Below, piece by piece: positions 38,142 through 50,003 of a stretch of 64,000 bases of DNA (position 1 is the stretch's first letter; the number at the start of each line of letters is the position of its first letter). Under the pieces are notes generated by a model. The model ran no database searches, was not told the DNA's origin, and saw nothing but the letters and a program-made list of their open reading frames with translations. Position numbers and translations under genes: made by a program. Origin of the DNA: Botryllus schlosseri (taxonomy: Eukaryota); contig CM119375.1 in NCBI GenBank assembly GCA_051294905.1, forward strand, positions 7,006,001 through 7,070,000, read 5' to 3'.

Positions 38142-40907
38142 TACTAGAGACATATGAATCACGAAGAACATTTTCAAGAATTAATTAAATTCTCGAAAAT
38201 ACTCTATAATTTATATTGGTTTACGAAATACTTTTGAGTCCCCTTCAAGCACGCTCCCCACCCTATTAAGGAATTTGGGGTGCGGCAGGTAAAGACCTGG
38301 CAATAATGCAAATCGCTGGGTGCGATAAATCACCCCAATAAAGTTGGGCAATTCGTATATTATGACGTAATAAGCAAATTACGCATGATGTATGAAGAGA
38401 GTTGATATCTCATTAAGCCTTTTCATCGTAATCCTTGTATTGTCTTCCAATATATCCTTTAAGATTATAGTACTAAGAAGCAAAACAAATGTAATCGTGA
38501 TTACTTTTCCAATGTAATCGTAATCGTAATCGACTACTTCCTGATTTTGCTGTAATCGTAATCGTAATCGCGTGATTCTGAAGTAATCGTAATCGCAATC
38601 GATTACATTCATGAAGTAATCACCCCATGTCTGAACTGAACACTCGTGAACAATGAATAGATATTATACCAGTTATTGAGAGAACAAACGTCTGATTTTC
38701 AAATGCCACTGCTCATTATTACGTCAGAGGTAGCCTATTGGCTTTGCTCGTCTTTGCGTAGGAAGTATCCACACATAGTAAATATATATTCGGTGCACAT
38801 TAGTGTGATTGTAAGAAAACCCACCGTGCTGTATATCGGTTTATCAATACATTCCAGACGCCACTACCTCGCATCATGATAATTAATCATAATTACCTCT
38901 CTGCTGCCTAAGTTAAAATAGCAAGTTTTGTATCGATGTTTGATTATGCTTAGTTAAACTATAGAATGTAATAGTTCCAATTCTATAGTTAAATGCAGTT
39001 TCACCGTTGCTGGATGGCGAGCAATAGGCCTATATGGTACGAACGCACAGCAGACAAAGGTTTAAAATTCTGTACTCGCCAAATAAAACATTACGATTTC
39101 CACAACGAAGCATTAAAATCAACAGCTGCTGATATATATCATCATAACTGGGCCGTTGTTTTGCCGTTTCTCGTAATGGCAGCTTGCATTACATTATCTA
39201 CATTAAGTTGAAGGCAGAATTTTTTGTTCACTTTCTGTTATTCTCATATTATTCTACTCAAAACGGGTCGCTATTTCATAATTCTTTACTGAGCATTTGG
39301 ACCTGCCGCCATAGCCATCGGCTTATATACCATGTTAACCATAGTTATAGCTAGAATCAGGATCAAAACAGCAAAAGCGTCCCTCAGCCAAACTTTGGTC
39401 TTGGGCCCCCATAGGGTAGTCAATTCTGAAGTTGAAGATTTAATTTCGTCAATAATATTGGTAATTGCATTATATTGCATTTTTAATCCTATCTCAGCGC
39501 CCGATGGTCAGATTTACCTGAAGAGCGCGCGGGGGGGGGGGGGTAATTCATAATTATAACATCTGGTGTCTTGCAATAATTACTTTATTGTATGTTGTTA
39601 ATTCGTGACCTCCGGTCTGTTATATGGCAAAAAGATATTGATTGTAGTGGCCCAAACTGCAGACTAAAAGAAAAACTTGCGTGAGACGCACACACAAATT
39701 GTCGTGTCTAATGCTCTGTGGGTGCCCGGGTGGCAATTGCATCGTGGGCTCAGATTGGAAGGAATGGACTGTTATTCACGCCCAGCCATCGCGGCTATCA
39801 ACAGTGGACACATACCCTAAGTTTTGGCCAATGTCTTTCTTTAATAGCACACTTCGTGGGGTCTCATGTTGGCCGAGACTGCATATGTCTTTGGATGTGT
39901 CGAGGAGCGGTATTGACTGAACCCTAAATGCCTATTACTATGAATTATGCATGCTTTAATTCTTGAAGGGGAGACGTATGCATTTCAAAATCAAGCTTTC
40001 TAGAGGCATTTAAATCGCAAAGCTCAAAGAGAAATTCCAAGTTAATGAAATCTCTCGAAAATGCTCTATAATTTATGTTGGTTTACAAAATGCTTTTGAG
40101 TCCCCTCCAACCACGCTCCCCACCCTATTGGGGAATTAAGGGGTGCGGCAGTTATGGACCTGGCAAGAATGCAAGTCACTCGGTGCGATAAACCGTGCTC
40201 TATCAAATGGGCAATGGGTACATTATGACGTAACAAGGAAACGTCCCATCTTTTTTTAAAGACAGTTGTTATATCATTTGGCCTTTCCGGCGCAATCCAT
40301 GTATTGTCTTCCAATATAACTACTACGATACAAAATAAATGTAATCGTGAGTAATCGTGATTACTTTTCCAATGTAATCGTAATCGTAATCGACTACTTC
40401 CCGATTTTGCTGTAATCGTAATCGTAATCGCGTGATTCAGAAGTAATCGTAATCGCAATCGATTACATTCATGAAGTAATCACCCCATGTCTGCCTACAT
40501 CACCTGTTCCTTCTCGAGAACATCACATCCCTTTCCCGAAAAGATTTGCTAATAGGCTACTTTGGTGTCCGATGGTTCAACAGATTCAGAACGCATTGTT
40601 ACTTCCGGAATTAATAAGAAGAGATTGGGATTGTCCATTCTCAAATATAGGCCTATCCTAACCAAACAAAGAAGTTGTCATCAGTCTTTTTGATAAAACC
40701 CGAGAATAAGAACTGAATAAAGCGGGTGTTTTAACACGCTCGGGCGGGTCCAAATGATAGGTCCCATAATGTGTGCGATGAGTCGTGTAAACCGTAATTT
40801 GGGACTGCGCTTCATATATTGGTACAGATGGCCAAGTTTTTTCATAGTTCGGGCCACAGGGCGTTAATATTGTATGATACTGACACGAAATACGCTTTTA
40901 AGTGGCA

Positions 40908-41667
40908 ATGAGCAGCAGTGGCGAGTCTTTGCTCTCGCCGTCTACATCAATCGAGTCCTTGGAGTGGGACACGCTCTCTGAACCGATTGCTGAAGATGCT
41001 CTTCGAGGACCGACTTCCAGCGGTTGCCAACTGAGCATGCGGGTTGCAGATTTACACTATTGGTTGCAAGAATGCGAACGTGCAGCGTACGAAGGCTTAG
41101 ATACACTTGCTGGATGGGAAGACGAATACCTGAGATCGAAATTCGCTGAAAATAAAGTATGATTCCGTTTGCAGCTAACCTCCGAGAAATCCTCCCTTAA
41201 TCGTCCTATATTCATTATGCTAGGTACTGGCGGTTGAGACGGCGACAAGATTTGACTTACTGACTGGCCCGTTTGGTCTTGAAACACCATCCAACGCCGA
41301 AAGAGATATTAAAATCATGTGGGCAGTCCTAATGGTTAAACAGCGACTCTTGAATCTCTTCATTCAGTCAATAAACCTGGAATGTACTCTCGACGAAAGA
41401 TTGGATTTCGTACGGAAGGTAAACTAGAATCTCTTCTGATTCAGGACTCATTGCACGTGAATCGATAACCTTAGGAATCATATATATTTCACAACGGGAT
41501 TGTAATGCAAAAGACGCATAGGCTATGGATATATACCTTATTACCTATACTTCTAGATACCTCGCTCCCCCAATTTCAAGATGCATCCAGCGAGGGACGT
41601 TTGGACCGAAAACGAAGAAGTCGCACCACTGCGAAGCGAATTTGAAAATGAGGATTACGAAATATGA
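40908..41667 (+). CDS. Uncharacterised 3-exon protein, 184 aa, with LEWD motif and spectrin-repeat-like segment
   Basis: Exons 40908-41156, 41224-41418, 41557-41667; both introns GT-AG (67 and 138 nt), both phase 0, all frames open, terminal TGA. Confidence 0.7.
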
Positions 41668-42528
41668 AAATAGGACTATTAATTGTAAACGCATAGTTCA
41701 GAGATATAAAGGCTCCGTACATACACATGATATAGTCAGAGATAGTCAGTAACGAAGTACTTCTACTTTTTGGAAGTACTCAACTAGTTTTCCACTACTT
41801 CTGGTACTTACTCAAGTAGATCTGATTTTCTCCACTTACTTGGTATTATTTTGTGATCTATACTTACTTACTTTTCGCTATTTTCGGTTTGTCAAGTAGA
41901 AGTTGTTTAATCCCCCAACACGAATGGTAGCCTGAGGAAATTCGGGGCTGTTTTCACGCAGTACCAACATTTTATATTCATAAAAGTCAAGTAAAGCCCA
42001 GAATTTTTTTGCGCTTCGCGCACAGTAGCCTAGTTATGGAGTGACAAATATGTTTCACGACAGTATCAGTGAATACAATTTAGGCAGCGGATTGCTTGGT
42101 TCCGCTCACACCGCATTGTCTTGTCACCCATATCAAATATTTCATCACAATAAATTTGGCAGACCATAACGTTTGAAACTACCGTTTCGCAATCTAGCAA
42201 TTACCTATCATATCGTAATCTAGCAGTGACGCGTCCTGCAAATCTGGAAAATGTGGCTTTTTGAAGGTTACACTAGTTAATCAGATCACGTTTGAAGCTT
42301 TATGGACAAAAGACATGAAATATACTTTTCGCTTTTTAGAAGTGGTATTTGTATTTCACTTTTAATTCCGAGTATCATATTTTGAGTTCTAATTACATTC
42401 AGTTCTTTTGTCTGCAGAACATACCTGTTGAAGTATAAAAGCGATTGTAGTAATGCCTCTATTTTCCGAAAATAAAGATACACTAAATATAAATTTTACG
42501 ATCCACAATATTTGATATTACAGTATAC

Positions 42529-43705
42529 CAGGGGCTCTCAACTTCCCTCGTATAACGGGCCACATTTTCACACCAAAAGACGCTGTGGGACGCAGAACAT
42601 CACCTTGTATTTGTCGGCTACTATTAAATTTAGGCTAGGCCTATTTACCAGTCTTCTACGGGCATTTAGTACATTTTTATGCATTCTAAAGAATTAATGG
42701 AGAGCGTTCGTAGGTTTGCTGTTTTTTGTGAGAATATATATCTTCAAGTGACGCAAGTAAATCCCTTCATGGAGCGTACATTCCATTGGCTGCCATGTCG
42801 TTGTAATGTACACAGTATACACCCTTCCACCAGAGAACAGAACTCTCTGTTTAAACGCGTGAGGGAGCAAGTATAAAATTACGGTGACTTTTTCGTTAGA
42901 GGGGTCATTATCACTTTGAGCTCTCAGTGATATAGATATAAGTCAGACATTCGGGGTCATTTCTGATCAAACCAATCAACTCTTCCCTTTCCTTCCCTTC
43001 CATGGCTGGAGCCCTACACAAATAGTTACTGAAGTCAGCTTTGTCATATTGATGTTTTTCACTAGTCCCCTTCCCACGTTTGCCCCGTCAGCATTTCCTC
43101 TGGATATATGCCCACTCTGATAAAACTTACCTGGATAATTAGCTATGCAATGTGTGCAGCCGATGGATCCGTCCAATGCTAGGCTAAAGTAGTCTATACG
43201 TGGCAACGTGTTTCAGAACATGCGATAAAATATCGACCGAGATCGCTGTTACTCTTCTGGCGACTGTTGAATCAGACAACTGTAGCTTCGAAATTTGTCA
43301 GATGATGTTGGACTTGCTGCTAAGTTCCGGAAACAACGAATATTCGCACACTACGTTAAAGTTTTATTGAAGTCACACCTTCTCTAGCAGATTCTTGGGT
43401 TTAGCGATATTCCAAGCAATTTTGAACAATGAGTCTGTCACGTCGTCGGCAACTTTAAAAATGCCTCGAAATATGGATTGCTGGGCTTGAAACCAAGCTA
43501 GCAACGTTTTCTCTAAGATCAGGCGATATGTATAACTCCAGATGAAACTATCGTGATATCATTTCAAGCTTCTGGGCTTTGTTACAACAACTGTTCTTCG
43601 ACAAATGTGACACATCGGTCTTCCATAGCAATACTGTGCCAGTAATTGCGTTCATACTGAAATATGTCGTGGGCCGCAAAAGAATCGTCTGCGGGCCGCA
43701 TCTGT
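42529..43705 (-). mobile_element. Decayed hAT element with transposase remnants
   Basis: Terminal caggggctctcaac at 42529; gggccgca subterminal motifs at ~43670-43700; right end approximate. Confidence 0.55.
42976..43495 (-). pseudogene. Frameshifted hAT (SPIN/GTF2IRD2/Buster-like) transposase fragment
   Basis: Collinear blocks FQAQQSIF...FKIAWNIAKPK, ISKLQLSDSTVARRV, YFSLALDGS (cf. FSLALDEST) and KLTSVT, broken by stops and frameshifts. Confidence 0.75.
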
Positions 43706-45871
43706 GTCTTTTCATAAGAACTTCAGCAACTGCACCTCCACACAAAAGAGATCAGTTCAACAACAATTTATCACAGCAACATACACCTACATTTTGGAAA
43801 TATTGCGAAGCATAAAACTATTGATTGAAGAGCACGAGGAACATTTCTCTAACCAAACTGCGACTCAAACTATACAGACGAGGGTATAAAAATGGAGATA
43901 TATAGAGAGAAATCAAATAATATCACAATGCGAGTCAGATTAAGCGCTGAAATTCAACCAATCTGACATCGCAAGGTGCATAATTGGTAATTGCATACGG
44001 TTTATCGATTGTATATCACAGAATGCTGACGCTACCAATAGTTCCATTAGCTATCGCTGTGCGAGAGAACAATCAGAAGTGCAATGATTTGCATCGTTCC
44101 AAACTGACAAGAAGAATGCTCAAAGCGACACATTATCATACTGGTAGGAATTTCACGCATGAGACAGCGTTCACAGAGTTATCATTCAGAAACTACGCAA
44201 CGTTGGCGATGGCCGTTAGAGCCATTGCAACTCATACACCGAATAGCACGCGCTAACAGAAACCAGGAAATGAGTTCCACTTGGACGAATATGCTTACCA
44301 CGCGAGATTTAAGAATAGGCTGAACAATTTTCTTACAATGGCCACGTACCGTCGGGAACCACCACGCTTTACGTAGGAGATTGTTCGGGTGCCTCACGTT
44401 TGATTTCCCCAACCTAGTCGGCAGATATTCGCGAGTGCTGATGCGCATGTAATGCCATTCATACAGAAGTGCACAGTGTGCATTGCACACATACAATGTG
44501 CGAGCTTATAATAGAAATTTGTGGATGCTAGTCTATTGAGAAGTGCATTCACCCGTGAGTCACGGCCAATGAATTTGCAGTGCGAAAATATGTACAACTG
44601 GGAACTTTGGAATAATATACACATATAGGTAGTTACAGTGGTGGCTGATGCCAACAGTGGCCATAAACGACAACGACCGATTCTTCGCCCGCTGGATACA
44701 GTCACGGAAGGACTAAGTCAACATCTATACACAATGCACGTCATTCTAGACTAGCAGTTCCCAAACTAGGGTCCGTAAAGCAGTTAAAGAGGGTCCGCAA
44801 TGAGAATTTCCTCAACATGAAAAAACAAATACAGAAACTGATGAAGTACGGGACTTGCGATACCAAACATTGACGGCGTAATTGCAGCAAAACAAGTGCG
44901 TCCGCCCCATCAAACGCTTACCGCATTTGATAGTTTTTGCCTTTTCTGTTATTGGCGTGGTGCAGCCGTGCATTATCAAAATAATTCCAACAGGAAACAG
45001 ATTTGATAAAGTTTCGGAACCTCTGTTCTAGACGCAATTAGCCTGCATCACAAGTGCAGTTGGTATGTAAAACCAGCTAATAATTTAAACAGGCGCAAAA
45101 GTGAGTACTGAACAGCGATGATATCTTTTTAGCTTCACTTACACAGACAAACAGTGGGAAGTATTTCAGCTGGAATGCGAATCAGTCCAGGCTCTCGGCC
45201 GATTATAATACGGTTATTGAGTTGCCCACGCACGACATCAACATCTGTCAGCCTGGGTATTGTGGGCAATAGCAAATCAACATGAAACACGGAAACGATA
45301 ACATGATAAAACGCAGGCCTTAGCCGTCTAAAGGTGCGGGTGTGTAACCATTTCAACGAGATTCATACCATACTGCACTACACACAAAACAATATATAAT
45401 ACTCTCAATCACTAAACTTTGTCAAAGATATTCATGCACAAGTTGGCACATGCACATTTCATTTGTTCCTTCTCCAATCGCACTCGTGCTTAGCACAAAC
45501 ATACCGGACTGTAACCCAAGTACGCGAGTTCTTCATAAGTCAAAATTCTGTTAAAACAAGTTATTCGTGTCCAAAGAGCATTTTTTGTTTTGTTTTTCTA
45601 GGTCAAAAAATAATCGCGCTACTAATAACAATTGCATTACAACTGGTAATCATCAGGGCGTGATGAGGGTTGGGCGTCTTTTTTTAGTGATCAGCTTCAC
45701 AATAGGAGCCCATATAACTACCCAAAATAATTTAGGGTTCTGTGCTAAAAGGAGGTGAAGAAGGTGTGTTGTAAGGGCAGGGGCAACAGTCGTTCAATAG
45801 GCCTATCGATTAAATACAAATTAAAAAATAAACGTGGGAAACTGTTATATTATCATAATAATTATTACGCA

Positions 45872-47632
45872 TCACAGCTGTTCCAATTCCGCCTTTGCGT
45901 TTTCCATATCCCTCGCCACGTCTGAAAAACCGGGCCTGTCGTCAGCCTCGTAAGTCCAACACCGCAGCATGATATCGTAATACACGTCGGGGCACAATTC
46001 AGGCCGGTCCAGCCTCTGCCCGGCATCGACCATCTGCAAAATCTCGTTGCCCTTCATTTTCTTGTAGGGCCGCCCACCGTACGAAAAAGCTTCCCACAAC
46101 GTCACGCCAAAACTCCACACGTCGCACTTTGTCGTAAATTTGTAATAGTGCAGTGCCTCGGGCGAGTACCACCGCAGAGGCCACCGTCCCGGCTGCGTGG
46201 ACCGGTAATAATTCTCTGTGTTCATCAGAACTTTGGACATCCCGAAATCTGACACTTTCGCGAAATTCCGATTCACAAGCAAAATATTCCTTGCAGCCAA
46301 GTCCCGATGGACAATATTCTGACTAGCCAGGTACCGCATACCATAGCAGACTTGCGTCATCAAAGAGGCCACATCGGTTACAGGAAATGAATCTGGAGTG
46401 TGGTTATCGATGAACGCTTTAAATGGACCGCCAGGAGCAAGTTCTAACACCATCATGATCTCAGCGCCATCATCGCAGACCCCTAAAAGCCTGACAATGT
46501 GCGGGTGGTCTAATTTCTGCATCACGGTCGCTTCTTTTATCAACTCTGTTTTGTTAGCGACGATATCGTCGCCTTTCAAGTACTTTACGGCACACGCGAT
46601 TTTCTCTCCACGCAAACGACAGTACCCTAGGCATACTTGTCCGAAATTTCCATCGCCTAGTCGCTCTTTCACGAAGATATCCCCCCTGTTGACTAGTAGG
46701 TCAGGTACCAGCCCGTCTGCGGCGTGATTCCAGTATATGCTTTTAAACGATTGCTGCTGTTCTGCGTCCGCGCATTTTTCCATATATTCCGAAAGCCATT
46801 TGTGCTTTTTGCGTAACGCGTCTATGTTTACAGTGGCGCCAGCCGCAAGACGCGAGTCTTGGTCCCATCGCATTTCCCCGATCCTCTCTTCAAAATCAGA
46901 CGGCAAAACCGGTTTTGACTGATTCCCTTCTTGAAACCCTTCTTGAAATCCAGACGGTTTTGGACATGCGACGGTCAGCTTCGTCTGTATACCTGTGTCC
47001 TCAGGACTGGCGAACCGATGAAACTCCACAAACTTTTCAAGGGACGGAAACTTGTGTTTCTCCGTGATAAAATACAATCCCGACGTCATATCTTGCACGA
47101 TGATATACCGATAAACGCGCGCGGATTTCACAAGACTTAAAACGTACTTGCGGTCTTCCTTCTTCCTAATCAAAAACAGCCCGTCCGCCTTCAATGTCCG
47201 GTATCCTTGCGTCAACCTTCTGGAATCTTCCTCGCGAGATATTTCATTGTGAAACCAATCAATTTCAGTCACATACGTGGAGTCTTCTACTGCATCGACT
47301 GGCTCGGCGTTCATATATTTTGGTTTGTTGGCACCAAGAACCGGTATTGGATAATCAAGCCTGACCTTCAAGCCGCCTTTCGAGTTTCTGTAATGCTCGC
47401 ATAGCAGTTCCAAGCTCGGAAAAGGAGTGCCGTTTTGTATCGAGTACATTATAGACCCTGTCGCGTTCTTTTTAGGGTTTATGCTGTAGTGGTAGCAAGT
47501 GCCTTGGAAAGCCAGCGAGATTACGTAAGTATCTCCTCTTTTACTTTTACGCAAGAGAAAAGTGCCGTCGTCTCGGCCATTGACAAGCTTTTCCGCGTCG
47601 TCCCTGCCCATGAGACCGTGAAAAAACTCCAT
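45872..47632 (-). CDS. SYK: SYK/ZAP70-family tyrosine kinase (tandem SH2 + kinase), single-exon CDS, 586 aa from first ATG
   Basis: SH2 cores FLLRKS and FLIRKK; GDGNFG, HRDLAARN, DFGMSK, activation-loop NYYR, WYSPE; no ankyrin repeats; the ORF track starts at an upstream TTG; symbol denotes family, not proven orthology. Confidence 0.88.
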   Translation of the reverse strand: MEFFHGLMGRDDAEKLVNGRDDGTFLLRKSKRGDTYVISLAFQGTCYHYSINPKKNATGSIMYSIQNGTPFPSLELLCEHYRNSKGGLKVRLDYPIPVLGANKPKYMNAEPVDAVEDSTYVTEIDWFHNEISREEDSRRLTQGYRTLKADGLFLIRKKEDRKYVLSLVKSARVYRYIIVQDMTSGLYFITEKHKFPSLEKFVEFHRFASPEDTGIQTKLTVACPKPSGFQEGFQEGNQSKPVLPSDFEERIGEMRWDQDSRLAAGATVNIDALRKKHKWLSEYMEKCADAEQQQSFKSIYWNHAADGLVPDLLVNRGDIFVKERLGDGNFGQVCLGYCRLRGEKIACAVKYLKGDDIVANKTELIKEATVMQKLDHPHIVRLLGVCDDGAEIMMVLELAPGGPFKAFIDNHTPDSFPVTDVASLMTQVCYGMRYLASQNIVHRDLAARNILLVNRNFAKVSDFGMSKVLMNTENYYRSTQPGRWPLRWYSPEALHYYKFTTKCDVWSFGVTLWEAFSYGGRPYKKMKGNEILQMVDAGQRLDRPELCPDVYYDIMLRCWTYEADDRPGFSDVARDMENAKAELEQL

Positions 47633-48751
47633 TTTCAAGACATTGATATTCTTGCTTATTAAGGACAGACTCGAAATACTGCAGAGGAAAAAATAGCACC
47701 GTCATTAGACACCGGATGTTGCTAATGTAACAAAAATTGAAATCGAATAGAAAGTTAAGTTATCCGCGCTTTATAGTAATGTGTTGAAAATGATATTGAA
47801 GCAGAGAGCTGTGAAGTTGCTTGCTTAGAAGATGTTCTGTAAATTGTGTCACCGTAACGATCAGTGAAAAGCTCTTTGTGATATATCTGATAAACGAGTA
47901 CGGGCTTCATTATATGCTATCTGTTATGCGCAGAGGTGGTCCACTGGTCCAATAGAAAATTATCATCTTTTCCAAATAACATCAGAATTATGGTTACAAA
48001 GTATTTTTCCAGATTAGATTTAAATTAGAATTATAGCTATACAGTTTTTCCAAATTAGATTAGAAATACTGAAGTCGCGAAAACTGGGACATTAAATAAG
48101 TTCAGTTCACATCAAATGATAGCGTCACGAGAATGAGAATAGTAAATGTATGTGCACCAAGCTTGCCTCGTTTCCCACTGTACAGTTTTCCTATAGCATA
48201 TAAATAACTACAAGAAATTAGATCAGAATTAAAGAATAAAATCATTTCATAAATCACCTCTGGCTATACGTGTTTCAATGTAATGTGCTAGAAATGATGT
48301 TGATGCTACTAGAAAAATCAACATTTTTTATGGTATAGGCTCTATCTGTGGCTATCTGCTATATGCATCTCATTGTAATGTGCTTAAAGTTATATTGATA
48401 CAAAGAGCTGTGAGGTAGATCCTCCATTAGTCATGCAAACCTATTAACTGTGCAAAAACATTGCAATATTTGTGACAAATGGGTACAGGCTTTATTTAAT
48501 GTCTAAATGCTAATGATTGGCCTAATGCAGTGGTTCCCAACCTGTGGTACGCGTACCACTAGTGGTACGCGAAGGTCTTCTAGGTGGTACGCGAGTAGAT
48601 TCTGTTGTTTTATTCGGCCGAAGGGAGTTATTAGTTCAGGTGAGGTTAATTTTGTATTTTTTGAAGATTTTTGACTAGTGGTGTAAAAACAGTTCCATGC
48701 ATCCCATCAACCCTGGTTGATAATGTCATGTTTAATATAATTTGTTATTAC

Positions 48752-49162
48752 CCAGTATGGAATCGGTGTCCAAGGCACGCAGGATCACGCCGACTTGGTC
48801 GCCAGTTGCACGCGGTCACGCCATCACGGGTCGTTGATTTCATTAAAAAAAAAAAATAGAAAAAAAAATTGAAAAAAAGTCAATGTTCTCAGCCACCCCA
48901 AATGCTATATTCCAGTTAGTATGTGGTATATAATGTTTTGATCTAATCCTCAAGCCGGGATCTGCTGATTACTGTCTGTTGGTAAAGTACTTGCACCTTA
49001 CCAGTTGCTAACCATTAGCATCTGATCTCCTGCCACTGGCTTAACACAGTCATTTGAAGTCAGTAACCTTGCTTGTCACGCCGCAAAGTTGGCTCTGTCA
49101 CGCGAAAAAAGCTCCTATCACGCGGGATTTATTTCAAAAAAAGGACGGAGATTCCAATCAGG
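48752..49162. mobile_element. Nested MITE with CCWG..TGGAATC termini
   Basis: ccagtatggaatc / gattccaatcagg (10/13 match); GTTATTAC on both sides. Confidence 0.7.
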
Positions 49163-49170
49163 GTTATTAC

Positions 49171-50003
49171 TAGGGCGATTTTTTGACATGTCAAAAATAT
49201 GTCAAAATTTTGTCAAAATTTAAGCGTTAGGTCAAGAAATTGTCAATTTGACCCTCTATTTCGTTTGTATCGTAGATTTTGCACTGTCGGTGAACTCATC
49301 ATTTGATATTTTACAGCTTGTAGCCTACTTTATAGGCCTACCGTTGTGGAGGGCCCATTGTCTGCTCATCGTGAATCATAAACGGTCAAACGAAACAAAT
49401 AGGTTGACAATTGACATGATGTTGTGGTCAACGAACCGCTATCTGAAGTAGGACTGCTTGGGCATTGCATGGTTCTTATATCAAGAAGCGCATGATGAAA
49501 AATTTTGAAGTATACAATATTGTCAGAATGACCCAGCACGGTGTGTCTATAGCAGTGTACGCACAACTTCAGTGTTGTCAGCCAACAACTGCTGCTGTTG
49601 AACGTTCTTTCTCCATTCTTGGCAAGCTACTAGTAAGGACAGACATTTTCTACCCGGGAATGCAGGAAATTATCTTTCGTTGTACTACAACAAATTTTAA
49701 TTAACTCTACCATAATACGTGGTGTACCTACTGAAATTCTTCATACGGCCAGATATAGTAGTTTTATCATATAAAAATTTTCAGTTATAAAGTAAAAAAC
49801 GCTTTTTCAGGCCAAACTACTTCTTAAGGACAAACAGTCCCAGCCAGAAATGAATATAATTTCTACAATTTTATCATCAGGTGCGAAAACACCTAATTTG
49901 AGGTCAAAATTTGGTCAAAATTAAGCTTTTTCAAGGTAAAAAATGTCAAAAATTTGATTTTTAAGGTCAAAATCTTCTGTTTTTAAGGTCAAAAAAATCG
50001 CCA
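49171..50003 (+). mobile_element. Nested hAT deletion derivative retaining the transposase C-terminal motif
   Basis: Termini tagggcgatttttt / aaaaaaatcgcca; TSD GTTATTAC; frame at ~49550-49700 reads QPTTAAVERSFSILGKLL, like a hAT dimerisation domain. Confidence 0.75.

Larger units (their letters stand above)
35288..38633. mobile_element. Second copy of the same ~2.0-kb family inserted inside the first
   Basis: Same TIRs; perfect TSD AACTGAAC (35280-35287, 38634-38641). Confidence 0.85.
35097..40493. mobile_element. ~2.0-kb non-autonomous hAT element (GATTAC arrays), outer copy of a self-nested pair
   Basis: TIRs cagatatggggtaat / atcaccccatgtctg; perfect TSD CCTACATC (35089-35096, 40494-40501). 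Confidence 0.85.

Noticed and set aside
36370-40493. Segmental tandem duplication of a gene
   Set aside because: Fully explained by self-nested transposon copies with matching TIRs and TSDs
43984-44705. Three 90-104 aa ORFs and a faint hAT-like SYW...LA pattern
   Set aside because: Motifs too weak and inconsistent in frame; no splice-consistent model
45872-47632. SHARK/HTK16 assignment for the tandem-SH2 kinase
   Set aside because: No ankyrin repeats between the SH2 domains
48845-48890. Poly(A)-tailed retroposon
   Set aside because: The A-run lies inside a TIR- and TSD-bounded MITE (48752-49162)
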